Shown one piece after another: positions 47,711 through 56,430 of a DNA stretch of 64,000 nucleotides. The position numbers were made by a program, and so were the translations under genes. Below the pieces are notes generated by a model. The model saw only the letters and a program-made list of their open reading frames with translations, searched no databases and was not told the origin of the DNA. This stretch comes from Omnitrophica WOR_2 bacterium RIFCSPHIGHO2_02_FULL_50_17 (GTDB lineage Bacteria > Omnitrophota > Gorgyraeia > Zapsychrales > Zapsychraceae), in the NCBI GenBank assembly GCA_001805645.1, contig MHGQ01000032.1, positions 64,267-128,266 of the forward strand, in the 5' to 3' direction. How positions within the stretch are numbered: position 1 is the stretch's first letter; each line of letters begins with the position of its first letter.

Positions 47711-48745
47711 CTAAGTAAACTGGTATTCTGTCTGAAAAATTTCTTGATGCAACGGCAATTCAACCGGCTGATTACCATGGCCTTCCGATTGATGGATGGC
47801 AATGGAAACCATAAGACTCCGTAACCCGTCAACGCCACTACAGCTGACGGGTCCTGTGGAAAACAACTCCTCTATCGCCCTACGGCTGCAGTCAATCATA
47901 TCAATATCGCTTCCGGTAAAAGCAATAGGGATTAAAGGCGGCCGGCGCGTGAAAGGCTGGTCGCGGTCCTTGGGGTTGCGGGCAAAAATTTCCCACTTGC
48001 TGTATTTCTCATCAATAAGGACTCGACCAATAGACCCCATGATCTCAATAAAAGAGGGGACCCCGTAATCTTCGCACATATCAAAAAATATCCGGACGCC
48101 TCCTTCCAGCCAGACAAGGCCGTAGGCGCCCGGATCGCGGTACTGCGGGCCCCGGGGATTGGGAGTTCCTGTTCTATCGAGGTAACCCAAGACTCTCACC
48201 GGCTCTTTATCCGTCAGAAACCGCACCAAATCCCAGAAATGCCCGCCATTTGAGGCCAGTTGTCCTCCCGCCATCTCAAAGGTGATATGACGGATTTCCC
48301 CAATAACCCCATCTTCAAGCTGGGCCTTGAGCCGCGCATAGGCAGGAACCCACCGGCGCAGATGATTGATCGCCAAGCGAACACCTTTTCCCCTGCAAGT
48401 TTCTGTCATCCTTTGGGCATCTAATAGCGAGGTTGCCATCGGCTTCTCGCATAAAATTCTTGGGACACCGCACTCGGCCGCGGCCATCGTAATCATGGCA
48501 TGCGATGGGCCGTTGGATGCGATAATCAAAAGATCTAATTTTTCACTCTGGAGCAAATCTTTCCACTGAACATAACTTCGGCGCGGCGCGTACTGCTGGT
48601 TAACCTGATTAATCACCTCAGGCCTCAAATCACACACGGCCGTCAATTCCACATTTTTCAACGTTTTTAGGGCCTCACAGTGACGACGGCCCATGCCTCC
48701 CAATCCTATGACACCGACTTTTTTAAACTCTTCAAACATGCCCAT
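47711..48745 (-). CDS. Gfo/Idh/MocA-family oxidoreductase
   Basis: KKVGVIGLGGMGRRHCEAL Rossmann motif, ILCEKPMATS. Confidence 0.8.
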   Translation of the reverse strand: MGMFEEFKKVGVIGLGGMGRRHCEALKTLKNVELTAVCDLRPEVINQVNQQYAPRRSYVQWKDLLQSEKLDLLIIASNGPSHAMITMAAAECGVPRILCEKPMATSLLDAQRMTETCRGKGVRLAINHLRRWVPAYARLKAQLEDGVIGEIRHITFEMAGGQLASNGGHFWDLVRFLTDKEPVRVLGYLDRTGTPNPRGPQYRDPGAYGLVWLEGGVRIFFDMCEDYGVPSFIEIMGSIGRVLIDEKYSKWEIFARNPKDRDQPFTRRPPLIPIAFTGSDIDMIDCSRRAIEELFSTGPVSCSGVDGLRSLMVSIAIHQSEGHGNQPVELPLHQEIFQTEYQFT

Positions 48746-50516
48746 TCCTTCGCTCTTGTTCTTTATAAGCCTCCTGAGGAACAGTCATTCTCAACGGCTT
48801 GCCGGTAAGAAAATTCAACACTTCTTGGACAGCGCCCATTTCCATCGCCCTTTTACAGTCAACAGATGCGGCGGCCATGTGTGAGGTCAACAAACAATTA
48901 TCCAGTTGCGCCAGCGGCCCATCGTAGGGTTCTTTCTCAAAAACATCCAGGGCGGCGCCGGCGATTTTGCATGATTGCAGCGCTTCAAAAAGATCTTCTT
49001 CACAAATAATGCCTCCTCGCGAAGTATTAACAAGCAAAGCCTCCGGCTTCATCATGCCCAATTCCTTACAGGTTATAAAATATCTTGTTGCTTGCGTAAG
49101 TGGAAGATGCAGGGAAATAATATCGGATTCTCTCAATAACTTTTCCTTATCAACCCACTGAAAATTACGCTCATCTGCCGATATATCACTTTGCCTAAGA
49201 TCGAAGCCCAAAACCCTGGTGCCGAATCCTTGAAGATATTTAACAACTAACTTCCCTATGGAACCGACTCCCATCAATCCCACGGTACAATCTGCCAATC
49301 GTCGGCCAACCTGTCTTTTCCATACGCCCTTATGAAGATCCTGATTGGCTTGAGGGATATGCCGTAACAAAGCGAGCATGCATCCAACAACAAATTCCGC
49401 TACAGCCGGCGCGGGCGCGTGAGGCGTATAAGTCACTTGAATCCCCTTTTCTTTGGCCGCCAATAAATCAATATTGTCCAGCCCAATCCCTGCGCGAGCA
49501 ATCAACCGTAAATAAGGGGCTGCATCTATGACCTTCCTGGTGACAGGGCTTGTCCCTGCCAGCAAAATACCAAAATCTTTAATAAGCTCGATGGTTTCAT
49601 TTTCTGTAGGACGCCTGCCCAGCGGATTTATCGTATAATCCACTTTATTTTTCTTTAGTAATTCAATCGGGGAGTCATCGTAATCACCGAAGGGGACGGT
49701 GGTAATAAGGACCCTTTTCCCCTGTGATCTGGTGGGGATATAACCGGGCGCCTCTGTTTTTCCCAAATCAGCTTCTTGGCTGGCTAACCGTATATAATCC
49801 CGAGGGAACTTCTTCAACAAAATCTCCGCCATATAAAAATCGTTTATAGCGTCGATATTAACCGTTCGTTCCTCGGGCATGATATAGGGGCGGCTATTTT
49901 CTGAACCGATCCTCGTATGAATGCAATCCCTCCTACAGGCATATATGGACCCATTACGAATGTAGGCATCGGGCTTAAGCGCCTGCCGATGAGAACCTGG
50001 AATTTCTTTCAAGCAAAAATCGACAATCCGGTCATCAACAATTTTCTTGATGCGAACGGGATGGTGGTCCTGTAGTTTGGCCACTCCAATAACTGAATCT
50101 GCCCCAGTCTGGACCAATTTCTCAATGCACTGGTCAATGTCTTCGCTTGTCTTCATAGGATTGGTGCACAACATCTCAACGATGTAATCATAGCGTTTCC
50201 CCTCATTTTTTTCGGCCCATTCAACGGCATGCTCCAGGGCGTCGTTAGATGACGCCGTGTCCGTCGCCAGATGAGCCGGCCTCAGAAACGGAGCCTCGGC
50301 CCCGTATTGAATCGCTACCTTTTGGATTTCCAAGTCATCAGTAGAAACAATCAGTCGACTTAATTTTTTGCTTCGCAAGGCCTCACAAATCGTGTAAGCG
50401 ATCAAAGGATGCCCGTCAAGCAAACGGATGTTCTTTCCGGGAATCGCCTTTGATCCGCCACGGGCCAAAATTATCCCGATAATCCGTGGACTGAATTGTT
50501 CTTTGTTTGTTTTCAC
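48732..50516 (-). CDS. Fusion protein: acylneuraminate cytidylyltransferase (N) + D-3-phosphoglycerate/2-hydroxyacid dehydrogenase-like domain (C)
   Basis: N-terminus RIIGIILARGGSKAIPGKN (paralog of 43367..44206); C-terminal half GLMGVGSIGKLVVKYLQGFG…NTSRGGII…SHMAAAS typical of SerA/D-2-HADH. Confidence 0.75.
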   Translation of the reverse strand: MKTNKEQFSPRIIGIILARGGSKAIPGKNIRLLDGHPLIAYTICEALRSKKLSRLIVSTDDLEIQKVAIQYGAEAPFLRPAHLATDTASSNDALEHAVEWAEKNEGKRYDYIVEMLCTNPMKTSEDIDQCIEKLVQTGADSVIGVAKLQDHHPVRIKKIVDDRIVDFCLKEIPGSHRQALKPDAYIRNGSIYACRRDCIHTRIGSENSRPYIMPEERTVNIDAINDFYMAEILLKKFPRDYIRLASQEADLGKTEAPGYIPTRSQGKRVLITTVPFGDYDDSPIELLKKNKVDYTINPLGRRPTENETIELIKDFGILLAGTSPVTRKVIDAAPYLRLIARAGIGLDNIDLLAAKEKGIQVTYTPHAPAPAVAEFVVGCMLALLRHIPQANQDLHKGVWKRQVGRRLADCTVGLMGVGSIGKLVVKYLQGFGTRVLGFDLRQSDISADERNFQWVDKEKLLRESDIISLHLPLTQATRYFITCKELGMMKPEALLVNTSRGGIICEEDLFEALQSCKIAGAALDVFEKEPYDGPLAQLDNCLLTSHMAAASVDCKRAMEMGAVQEVLNFLTGKPLRMTVPQEAYKEQERRNGHV

Positions 50517-50525
50517 TTCAAAATA

Positions 50526-52496
50526 TTATTTTGACACGTTTAATGATTGCCGGATTCTTTGCATGGGGGAAACGTCCAGATTACCCCCATATTCCGGGAA
50601 AATATATTTTTCCAAATAAGCCATAAAATCCCGCTCTGGCAAACTTAACCAGTAATTCATCGTGTCCTTTAATTCCAGCCCATTATGCGCAACAATCCTG
50701 GGAAACTTTTCAAAAAAAGAATTACGATAGGCGTTGCTTGCGTCATAATAAAAAGCGCGCTTCCCGGCCACCAGGGCTTCCACCGTCGGGCTCGCAAAGG
50801 CCATGGAAACCACAAGATGAGCATAGGACACGATAGCATTAGATGAAAAACGAGGGTTTAGAACAATCGCCCTCGGGTGTTTTTTCAAATTTTCATAAAC
50901 CTCGGCAATATCCGTACCTTCCAACCCCATATACTCTTCGTAATTCAAATTCTTGTGTTTTAGAAGAATTCTTAAATCTGGGTAGTGCGGATCGTTGAGC
51001 ATATTAACAAAAGCCTGAAGAAAATCCCGATGCGTTTTCTCCCCGTTGATTGCCTGCAAACTGTTTGTCGTTGTAAAAACGGCCAAGATAATCCCTGCAG
51101 GATTACTGCCCCACCGGTCCAAGATAATCTTATCCATCAATGCCGTTTTTTTGATTTCACGGTACCAAATCGGACCGTAAGCCTCAAAAAAGCGGGACCG
51201 ATTATGGTGTTTCTGAGCCAGCTGAATCAATTGCCGCCCCCAATGGATTTCCCCATCGAATTTCATATAATCCCTTAAAGCCTCACGGCCGGAAAGCTTG
51301 CCATTATTTTCATACATCTGGATTTTGCTGTTACTGTGGTCAAAATACCAGCTCTGGCAGCCGATTGTTCCAAGAAGGATATTACGGAAAATATGCCGAT
51401 ACTGAATATCATGGCAGGCGAAATAGGCCATTGGAAAGTAATGACAGATAAAATTCTGCCACATGAAATAATCCATCCATGCATGAACCACCACTTTCAT
51501 CAAATTTATCGGTGTTGACAGAGATTGCAGAAAAAGCGCGCCTAACCTTTTGAAATTCTGAAGAATTAATATCCTGAGAATAAAATCCACAGAAACTTCC
51601 CTAAACGCAGCCTTATAATACTGCCGGGAAAGCGTATATTTCCGATGACTGATCTCGTTTTCGTAATCCTTGTTCAACTGATTTTCAGCAACAAAAAGCG
51701 TATTGCCAGGATGGAATCTTTCTCCATCCAGAAGCCAATCGGCCTCATGAGTGGCTTGCCCGCGCAAGCCCCAATCATTGTTATATAACCGTATCGCCAG
51801 CTGCATCGATTTGGGGGCACTTTTATGGAAGTTTATTTTCCGTATACGCGATAAAATCCAGGGGACTGTCCCGAGGAGCCCCGCTAAAAATAAAAATTTC
51901 TTCCCAATTTTCTCGAGTTGGCCCGAAAAGGACACCCCAAAACTATCATTCACCTTTTCCGGCAACGTTGTCTTGACGCCGGCCAGACGCATATATTGAT
52001 CCATCTGTTGCCATTGGGAGGAAATTGACAATTGGATCGGCCGCCCCAGACTTTGTAAACTTTGGGCGGCATTAACGACCCTGAAATAATCCGCCAGCCA
52101 CAGAACCAATTGTTTTTTAAATGCCATACAAACATCGGGATCACCGTACAAAGATTCCAGTGGCTTTAACGGAATACGCTCATTTTCCAGCAACCAAGAA
52201 TAAACCTTCTCAACGTTCTCTATGGCCTGGTCTTCCGCCGTGTATCTTTGACAAAAAGAAAAAATATGCCATGTGAATCTCCGGATATTATCGGCGCCTG
52301 CCAATCGGCGAAACCAAAAACTCTTTATTCCGGCAGGAGGAATGTTTATGACGACAATCAATGTCCCCGCCGCGTATATATGGCTCCGCAAGCGCAAATA
52401 ATCCACAAAAGAGGCCAGTTCATCCACCAAAACAATCCTCTGGTAACCGGATTCCATATCTTTTGTTGATAGAATTCTAAAAGACTCGTTTTGCAT
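50526..52496 (-). CDS. Uncharacterised 656-aa protein with GT-B-like C-terminus (…SPTVEALVAGKRAFYYD); candidate (nonulosonic-acid) glycosyl/phospho-sugar transferase
   Basis: No canonical motif; C-terminal pattern and size resemble 11794..13764 and the capsule-synthesis/TagF-like GT-B group; tentative. Confidence 0.35.
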   Translation of the reverse strand: MQNESFRILSTKDMESGYQRIVLVDELASFVDYLRLRSHIYAAGTLIVVINIPPAGIKSFWFRRLAGADNIRRFTWHIFSFCQRYTAEDQAIENVEKVYSWLLENERIPLKPLESLYGDPDVCMAFKKQLVLWLADYFRVVNAAQSLQSLGRPIQLSISSQWQQMDQYMRLAGVKTTLPEKVNDSFGVSFSGQLEKIGKKFLFLAGLLGTVPWILSRIRKINFHKSAPKSMQLAIRLYNNDWGLRGQATHEADWLLDGERFHPGNTLFVAENQLNKDYENEISHRKYTLSRQYYKAAFREVSVDFILRILILQNFKRLGALFLQSLSTPINLMKVVVHAWMDYFMWQNFICHYFPMAYFACHDIQYRHIFRNILLGTIGCQSWYFDHSNSKIQMYENNGKLSGREALRDYMKFDGEIHWGRQLIQLAQKHHNRSRFFEAYGPIWYREIKKTALMDKIILDRWGSNPAGIILAVFTTTNSLQAINGEKTHRDFLQAFVNMLNDPHYPDLRILLKHKNLNYEEYMGLEGTDIAEVYENLKKHPRAIVLNPRFSSNAIVSYAHLVVSMAFASPTVEALVAGKRAFYYDASNAYRNSFFEKFPRIVAHNGLELKDTMNYWLSLPERDFMAYLEKYIFPEYGGNLDVSPMQRIRQSLNVSK

Positions 52497-52503
52497 TGCC
52501 TTC

Positions 52504-53628
52504 CTATAAGACTGTGTTTATCATCGGCTCATCGTGAAATTCCACCAGAATCCGCTTCATAATCTTGCCGAAAGGTGTTTGCTTAAGATGGAGATTATCC
52601 CAAAAATCCTCTGTTGTTAAATCCATTGCCTCGGGCGATGAAAAATCATAGCAGGGGTATCCGAAAGCATTCATAGCTGAAGGAATGGTCTTCCGGAATT
52701 TCTCAAAAAATCCCGCCTGCGGCTGCACACTGGTCAAGGCCGAATAAAAATCTCCCCGAAAAGGCAGCAACACGCCCACGACTTTTATGTTTTTAGTACG
52801 ACAAAATTCCAATAAACCCTTGAAATTGTTCAGGGCGTTAGGATCAATATCAGCTGCGGCCGTGAACCGATACTGATCCCTGGCAAGCCACTGCCTCCAT
52901 TCGGAAATTTCCCTGACATTATCTGCCTTATGGGAATCCGGATAATGAAAACTGCCATCGGATCGAAATCCCCCCTGCGCCATCCGGGCGTTTAATCCTA
53001 TTCCGGTCTCTTGCGGGGCGGGAAACAAATATTCAAACCATGATCCTTTGTCGGCAATGAACATGTCATAACTTTTCGTCCTTTGAGCAACGAACTGATA
53101 CGCGGCGTAGAACCCGGCCAATACAGGGATGCGCTCCAGGGAACTTTTCATCCGGCTTTTCCAGTCCTGTCGGTTGGCCGGATAATTAGGGTTAAACAAC
53201 CACGAATCGATTCCCAGGACAATCCCCCCGGGCATTGCTTCCCGGTCCAGTGATTTTAAGATTTTCAACATCCCAGCGATCTCGCGGCTTGTGGAAGCAT
53301 CGACCCCGGCATTATAAAACTTCGCACCAGCGATATGTTTTTGTTCCATGGGCATAATGCGCGAGGTCCCCAATGCGATTATCTCGGGCTTGCTGGATTG
53401 AACGCCATAAATTTTATAAATGTCCCCCACATTGAAATATCGCGGGGAATAATATAATTCCTCATTCAATTGCTGCCGCCTGACAACATCCTCATAAGGC
53501 AGCGTCTCTCCCAACCTCAAGAAAACAAATTCAAAAACGCTGACACACAACATGAACAATGCAACGGTCACTAACCCAAAGATTTTAACGTTCCGGACCT
53601 CAGAATCGGAAATAGATAAACGGCGCAT
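52504..53628 (-). CDS. Membrane-anchored SGNH-fold protein, DltD/AlgJ/PatB-like partner of the adjacent MBOAT
   Basis: Single N-terminal TM helix, then IIALGTSRIM (GxS block I) and FWDNLHLK (DxxH block V); position immediately downstream of the MBOAT gene. Confidence 0.5.
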   Translation of the reverse strand: MRRLSISDSEVRNVKIFGLVTVALFMLCVSVFEFVFLRLGETLPYEDVVRRQQLNEELYYSPRYFNVGDIYKIYGVQSSKPEIIALGTSRIMPMEQKHIAGAKFYNAGVDASTSREIAGMLKILKSLDREAMPGGIVLGIDSWLFNPNYPANRQDWKSRMKSSLERIPVLAGFYAAYQFVAQRTKSYDMFIADKGSWFEYLFPAPQETGIGLNARMAQGGFRSDGSFHYPDSHKADNVREISEWRQWLARDQYRFTAAADIDPNALNNFKGLLEFCRTKNIKVVGVLLPFRGDFYSALTSVQPQAGFFEKFRKTIPSAMNAFGYPCYDFSSPEAMDLTTEDFWDNLHLKQTPFGKIMKRILVEFHDEPMINTVL

Positions 53629-55009
53629 ATTTCTTAACTCCCAGAAAAATAAGCAAATTTACCATAACCCCATAATAAAATTGTTGGGATAACCCGCGAT
53701 TTGTGTTTATCGATATTGCCGGAGCAAACCCGGGACTTTTTGCCAGCAATGCTACGGCCGCAATAAGAGAAAGTATTTCAATCGCTGAATATGCTTGAAA
53801 TAGAATGCTTAAATCAACCGGACCTGTCAGATGGGTCAGAATATAAACAGCGTCTTTCATAGAATCCGCCCGGAAGAAGACAAAAGATAACGCGATCATG
53901 TTAAAAGTAACAAAGATGCGCCATTTCCTGACCCATCCAGCCGGCACACGCGATCGTTCCCACAGTTCATTTCTCTTTTTTAACGTTAAAATAGATGTCC
54001 CCATATAAGCGCCGTGGATCAAACCAAAAATGACAAACCCCCACGCCGGCCCATGCCAGAGCCCGCATATCGCGAAAGTGATGAGTACGGCCCCGACAAC
54101 TCCCCATGCCCCAAAATTGCGGAACTGGCTTAACAAAGGAGTGAATAAATAATCCCGCAGCCATGCTGAAAACGTTATGTGCCACTTTCGCCAGAATTCC
54201 TGGATATTCGTGGCCAAATAAGGGGCCTGAAAATTCTCGCTTAATTCGATCCCGAATATTTTCCCCAGGCCGCGGGCAATATCGGTATATCCAGAGAAAT
54301 CAAAATAGATCTGAAAAGTAAAAATGTAAGACGCCAACACCAAAACCAGGCCCGAAAAATTTACAACATCGGAGAAAATCTCATTAACAAAAAAAGCCAA
54401 ACGGTCAGCAACAACCATTTTCTTCACCAGACCAACGATTATCAGCTGGACCCCCTCTGCTATTTTATTGTAATTAAAAACATAGCCCCTTTTAAGCTGG
54501 GGGATGAGCTGGCTGGCCCGCTCAATAGGCCCCTGCAACAACTTGGGGAAGAAGCTCAAATATAACAAAAAATATCCCAAATGTTTTTCCGGCTGGATTT
54601 TCTCCAGATAAATATCAAACAAATAAGCAAGGGATTGGAAGATATAAAAAGAAATTCCTATAGGCATAATGACATGTATGGGGCTCAAAGGTTCTTTCAA
54701 GAAATAATTCACATTCATGACAATGAACTCAGCGTATTTGAAATATACCAACGTGGCAACATGCAGAAAGATCGCCCCCCATAAATAATATATTCTCCGT
54801 GATGAGCGCACCGATCTCATCGTGATACCAAAGAAAAAACTTACTAACGAAACAGAAAATAATAACAGCGCGCTCTTAACACCAAAAAAACTATAAAAGA
54901 AATAGGAAGCCGTCAAAAGCACGGTCCGCTTCCACTTGCCAGGAGCGGCTAAAAAGACAAAGAAAGCAGTAATGGCAAAGACAAAATATCCAAATGTATT
55001 AAAAAGCAT
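53600..55009 (-). CDS. MBOAT-family membrane-bound O-acyltransferase (DltB/AlgI/PatA-like)
   Basis: Polytopic; conserved WRKWHITFSAWLRDYLF and GLWHG histidine motifs. Confidence 0.85.
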   Translation of the reverse strand: MLFNTFGYFVFAITAFFVFLAAPGKWKRTVLLTASYFFYSFFGVKSALLLFSVSLVSFFFGITMRSVRSSRRIYYLWGAIFLHVATLVYFKYAEFIVMNVNYFLKEPLSPIHVIMPIGISFYIFQSLAYLFDIYLEKIQPEKHLGYFLLYLSFFPKLLQGPIERASQLIPQLKRGYVFNYNKIAEGVQLIIVGLVKKMVVADRLAFFVNEIFSDVVNFSGLVLVLASYIFTFQIYFDFSGYTDIARGLGKIFGIELSENFQAPYLATNIQEFWRKWHITFSAWLRDYLFTPLLSQFRNFGAWGVVGAVLITFAICGLWHGPAWGFVIFGLIHGAYMGTSILTLKKRNELWERSRVPAGWVRKWRIFVTFNMIALSFVFFRADSMKDAVYILTHLTGPVDLSILFQAYSAIEILSLIAAVALLAKSPGFAPAISINTNRGLSQQFYYGVMVNLLIFLGVKKYAPFIYFRF

Positions 55010-55014
55010 ATATT

Positions 55015-55722
55015 TTAAGACCTCGCTGACATTATCGGCACATTGACTCCGTTGATTTGATTCGATACAAGATATTTGGCCATAGCCGCGATTTCACAAG
55101 GTTTCAACAGCTCTTTGCCCGGCAAAGAATCCTTGATTAAAGCGATATAATGCTCCGGGAGTTCGGACAAGAACGCTGTTTCCGTCATGTGCGGTGATAT
55201 CGCGTTAACATGGATGCCTGTTTTAGTCAGTTCAGCGGCTAGCGCATTGTGAAAACCCCAAAGCGCGTACTTTGCCATGACATAGGGGATCACTTGAGCT
55301 GGCGGGTCCCCCAGTGTTACAGATGACAAAATATTAATAATGTGACCTTTCTTTCTCTTTTTCATGGACCAGGAAAGCGCCTGCGTCAGCTTAAATGCCG
55401 AGCGCACGCCAACATCAATGACTTCCTGGATTTTTTCCCAATCCGTAGCATAAAATTTTTCTAAAATTATTTTTGAGAATGCATTGTTGATAATGACATC
55501 GAATTCAATATCGCTGCACTTGGAAATTAAACCCAAAAGCCCATCCCGGGAAGAGAAATCACACCGCAGTCCTCTGGCGTTGGGGTAATCCTTTTGAAGA
55601 CTACCAGCCTTAGATGCATTATGACAATACGTAAAATAAATAACAGTATCGCTATCAGCCGAGAATGATTTTATGATTTCGCTCCCAATCCCTCCTGATC
55701 CCCCCGAAAGAAAGATATTCAT
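55015..55722 (-). CDS. Short-chain dehydrogenase/reductase (FabG-like 3-oxoacyl-ACP reductase-type)
   Basis: NIFLSGGSGGIGSEI (TGxxxGIG) and YVMAKYAL (YxxxK); probable start MNIFL at 55722. Confidence 0.8.
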   Translation of the reverse strand: MNIFLSGGSGGIGSEIIKSFSADSDTVIYFTYCHNASKAGSLQKDYPNARGLRCDFSSRDGLLGLISKCSDIEFDVIINNAFSKIILEKFYATDWEKIQEVIDVGVRSAFKLTQALSWSMKKRKKGHIINILSSVTLGDPPAQVIPYVMAKYALWGFHNALAAELTKTGIHVNAISPHMTETAFLSELPEHYIALIKDSLPGKELLKPCEIAAMAKYLVSNQINGVNVPIMSARS

Positions 55723-55736
55723 GTTTTCCCCACGAT

Positions 55737-56150
55737 TTATAAAATTCCTACTTGAACCTTTGCTTTCGCGCAAACATATCCCCGCATAAGGTTCATGATA
55801 TTTATCTTAAGCACAAACACCTTAACCGCCTCGCTAACCTGATCGACCCTTGCTTCTATTCTCAGGTAATCCCCCACATAATTGGGTTTTACAAAATCGA
55901 TCTCAAGAGAATGAATAACGACATTCTTGTACGGCAACTCCATGCCGATAAAATTTGAAAGAAAACCCCCTAAAACCGCTCCGTGAACCACTTTCGCATG
56001 GAATCCCTTGGAAACCGCATATTTGTCATCCACATGCAAGGGATTCCGGTCACCGAACAGCTCGCTAAAAATCTCATGGATTTCATCGGTTATCCGATAT
56101 TCTTTAGATATCGTCTGTCCCTGCCGAATTTTCGGGGATTCCACATTCAT
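55737..56150 (-). CDS. MaoC-like (R)-specific hydratase/dehydratase, hot-dog fold
   Basis: FGDRNPLHVDDKYA…HGAVLGG hot-dog/MaoC signature; 137 aa. Confidence 0.75.
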   Translation of the reverse strand: MNVESPKIRQGQTISKEYRITDEIHEIFSELFGDRNPLHVDDKYAVSKGFHAKVVHGAVLGGFLSNFIGMELPYKNVVIHSLEIDFVKPNYVGDYLRIEARVDQVSEAVKVFVLKINIMNLMRGYVCAKAKVQVGIL

Positions 56151-56154
56151 AATA

Positions 56155-56430
56155 TTATCGCCTTATCAGATCCGGTGTTCTTCCGCTCTTTAAAAGTTTC
56201 TCTTCAACAGCATCGGCGAATTGCCCGACATTCTCATAAGTCATGATTTCCCTGGTGGTAAATTTGATATCAAATCTTTTCTCCACAGCAACGATAAGAT
56301 TGATGTGGTTAAGAGAATCCCATCCCGCGATGTCCTTGGCTGTCATTTCCCTAAAGATCCTGATCTGATCATCATCAAAAACTTCACAAAAAATTTTATT
56401 CAATTCTTCTAGGACAGCTGCGTTTGCCAT
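56155..56430 (-). CDS. Acyl carrier protein
   Basis: ~90 aa with DIAGWDSLNHINLIVAVE (phosphopantetheine-Ser DSL motif). Confidence 0.75.
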   Translation of the reverse strand: MANAAVLEELNKIFCEVFDDDQIRIFREMTAKDIAGWDSLNHINLIVAVEKRFDIKFTTREIMTYENVGQFADAVEEKLLKSGRTPDLIRR

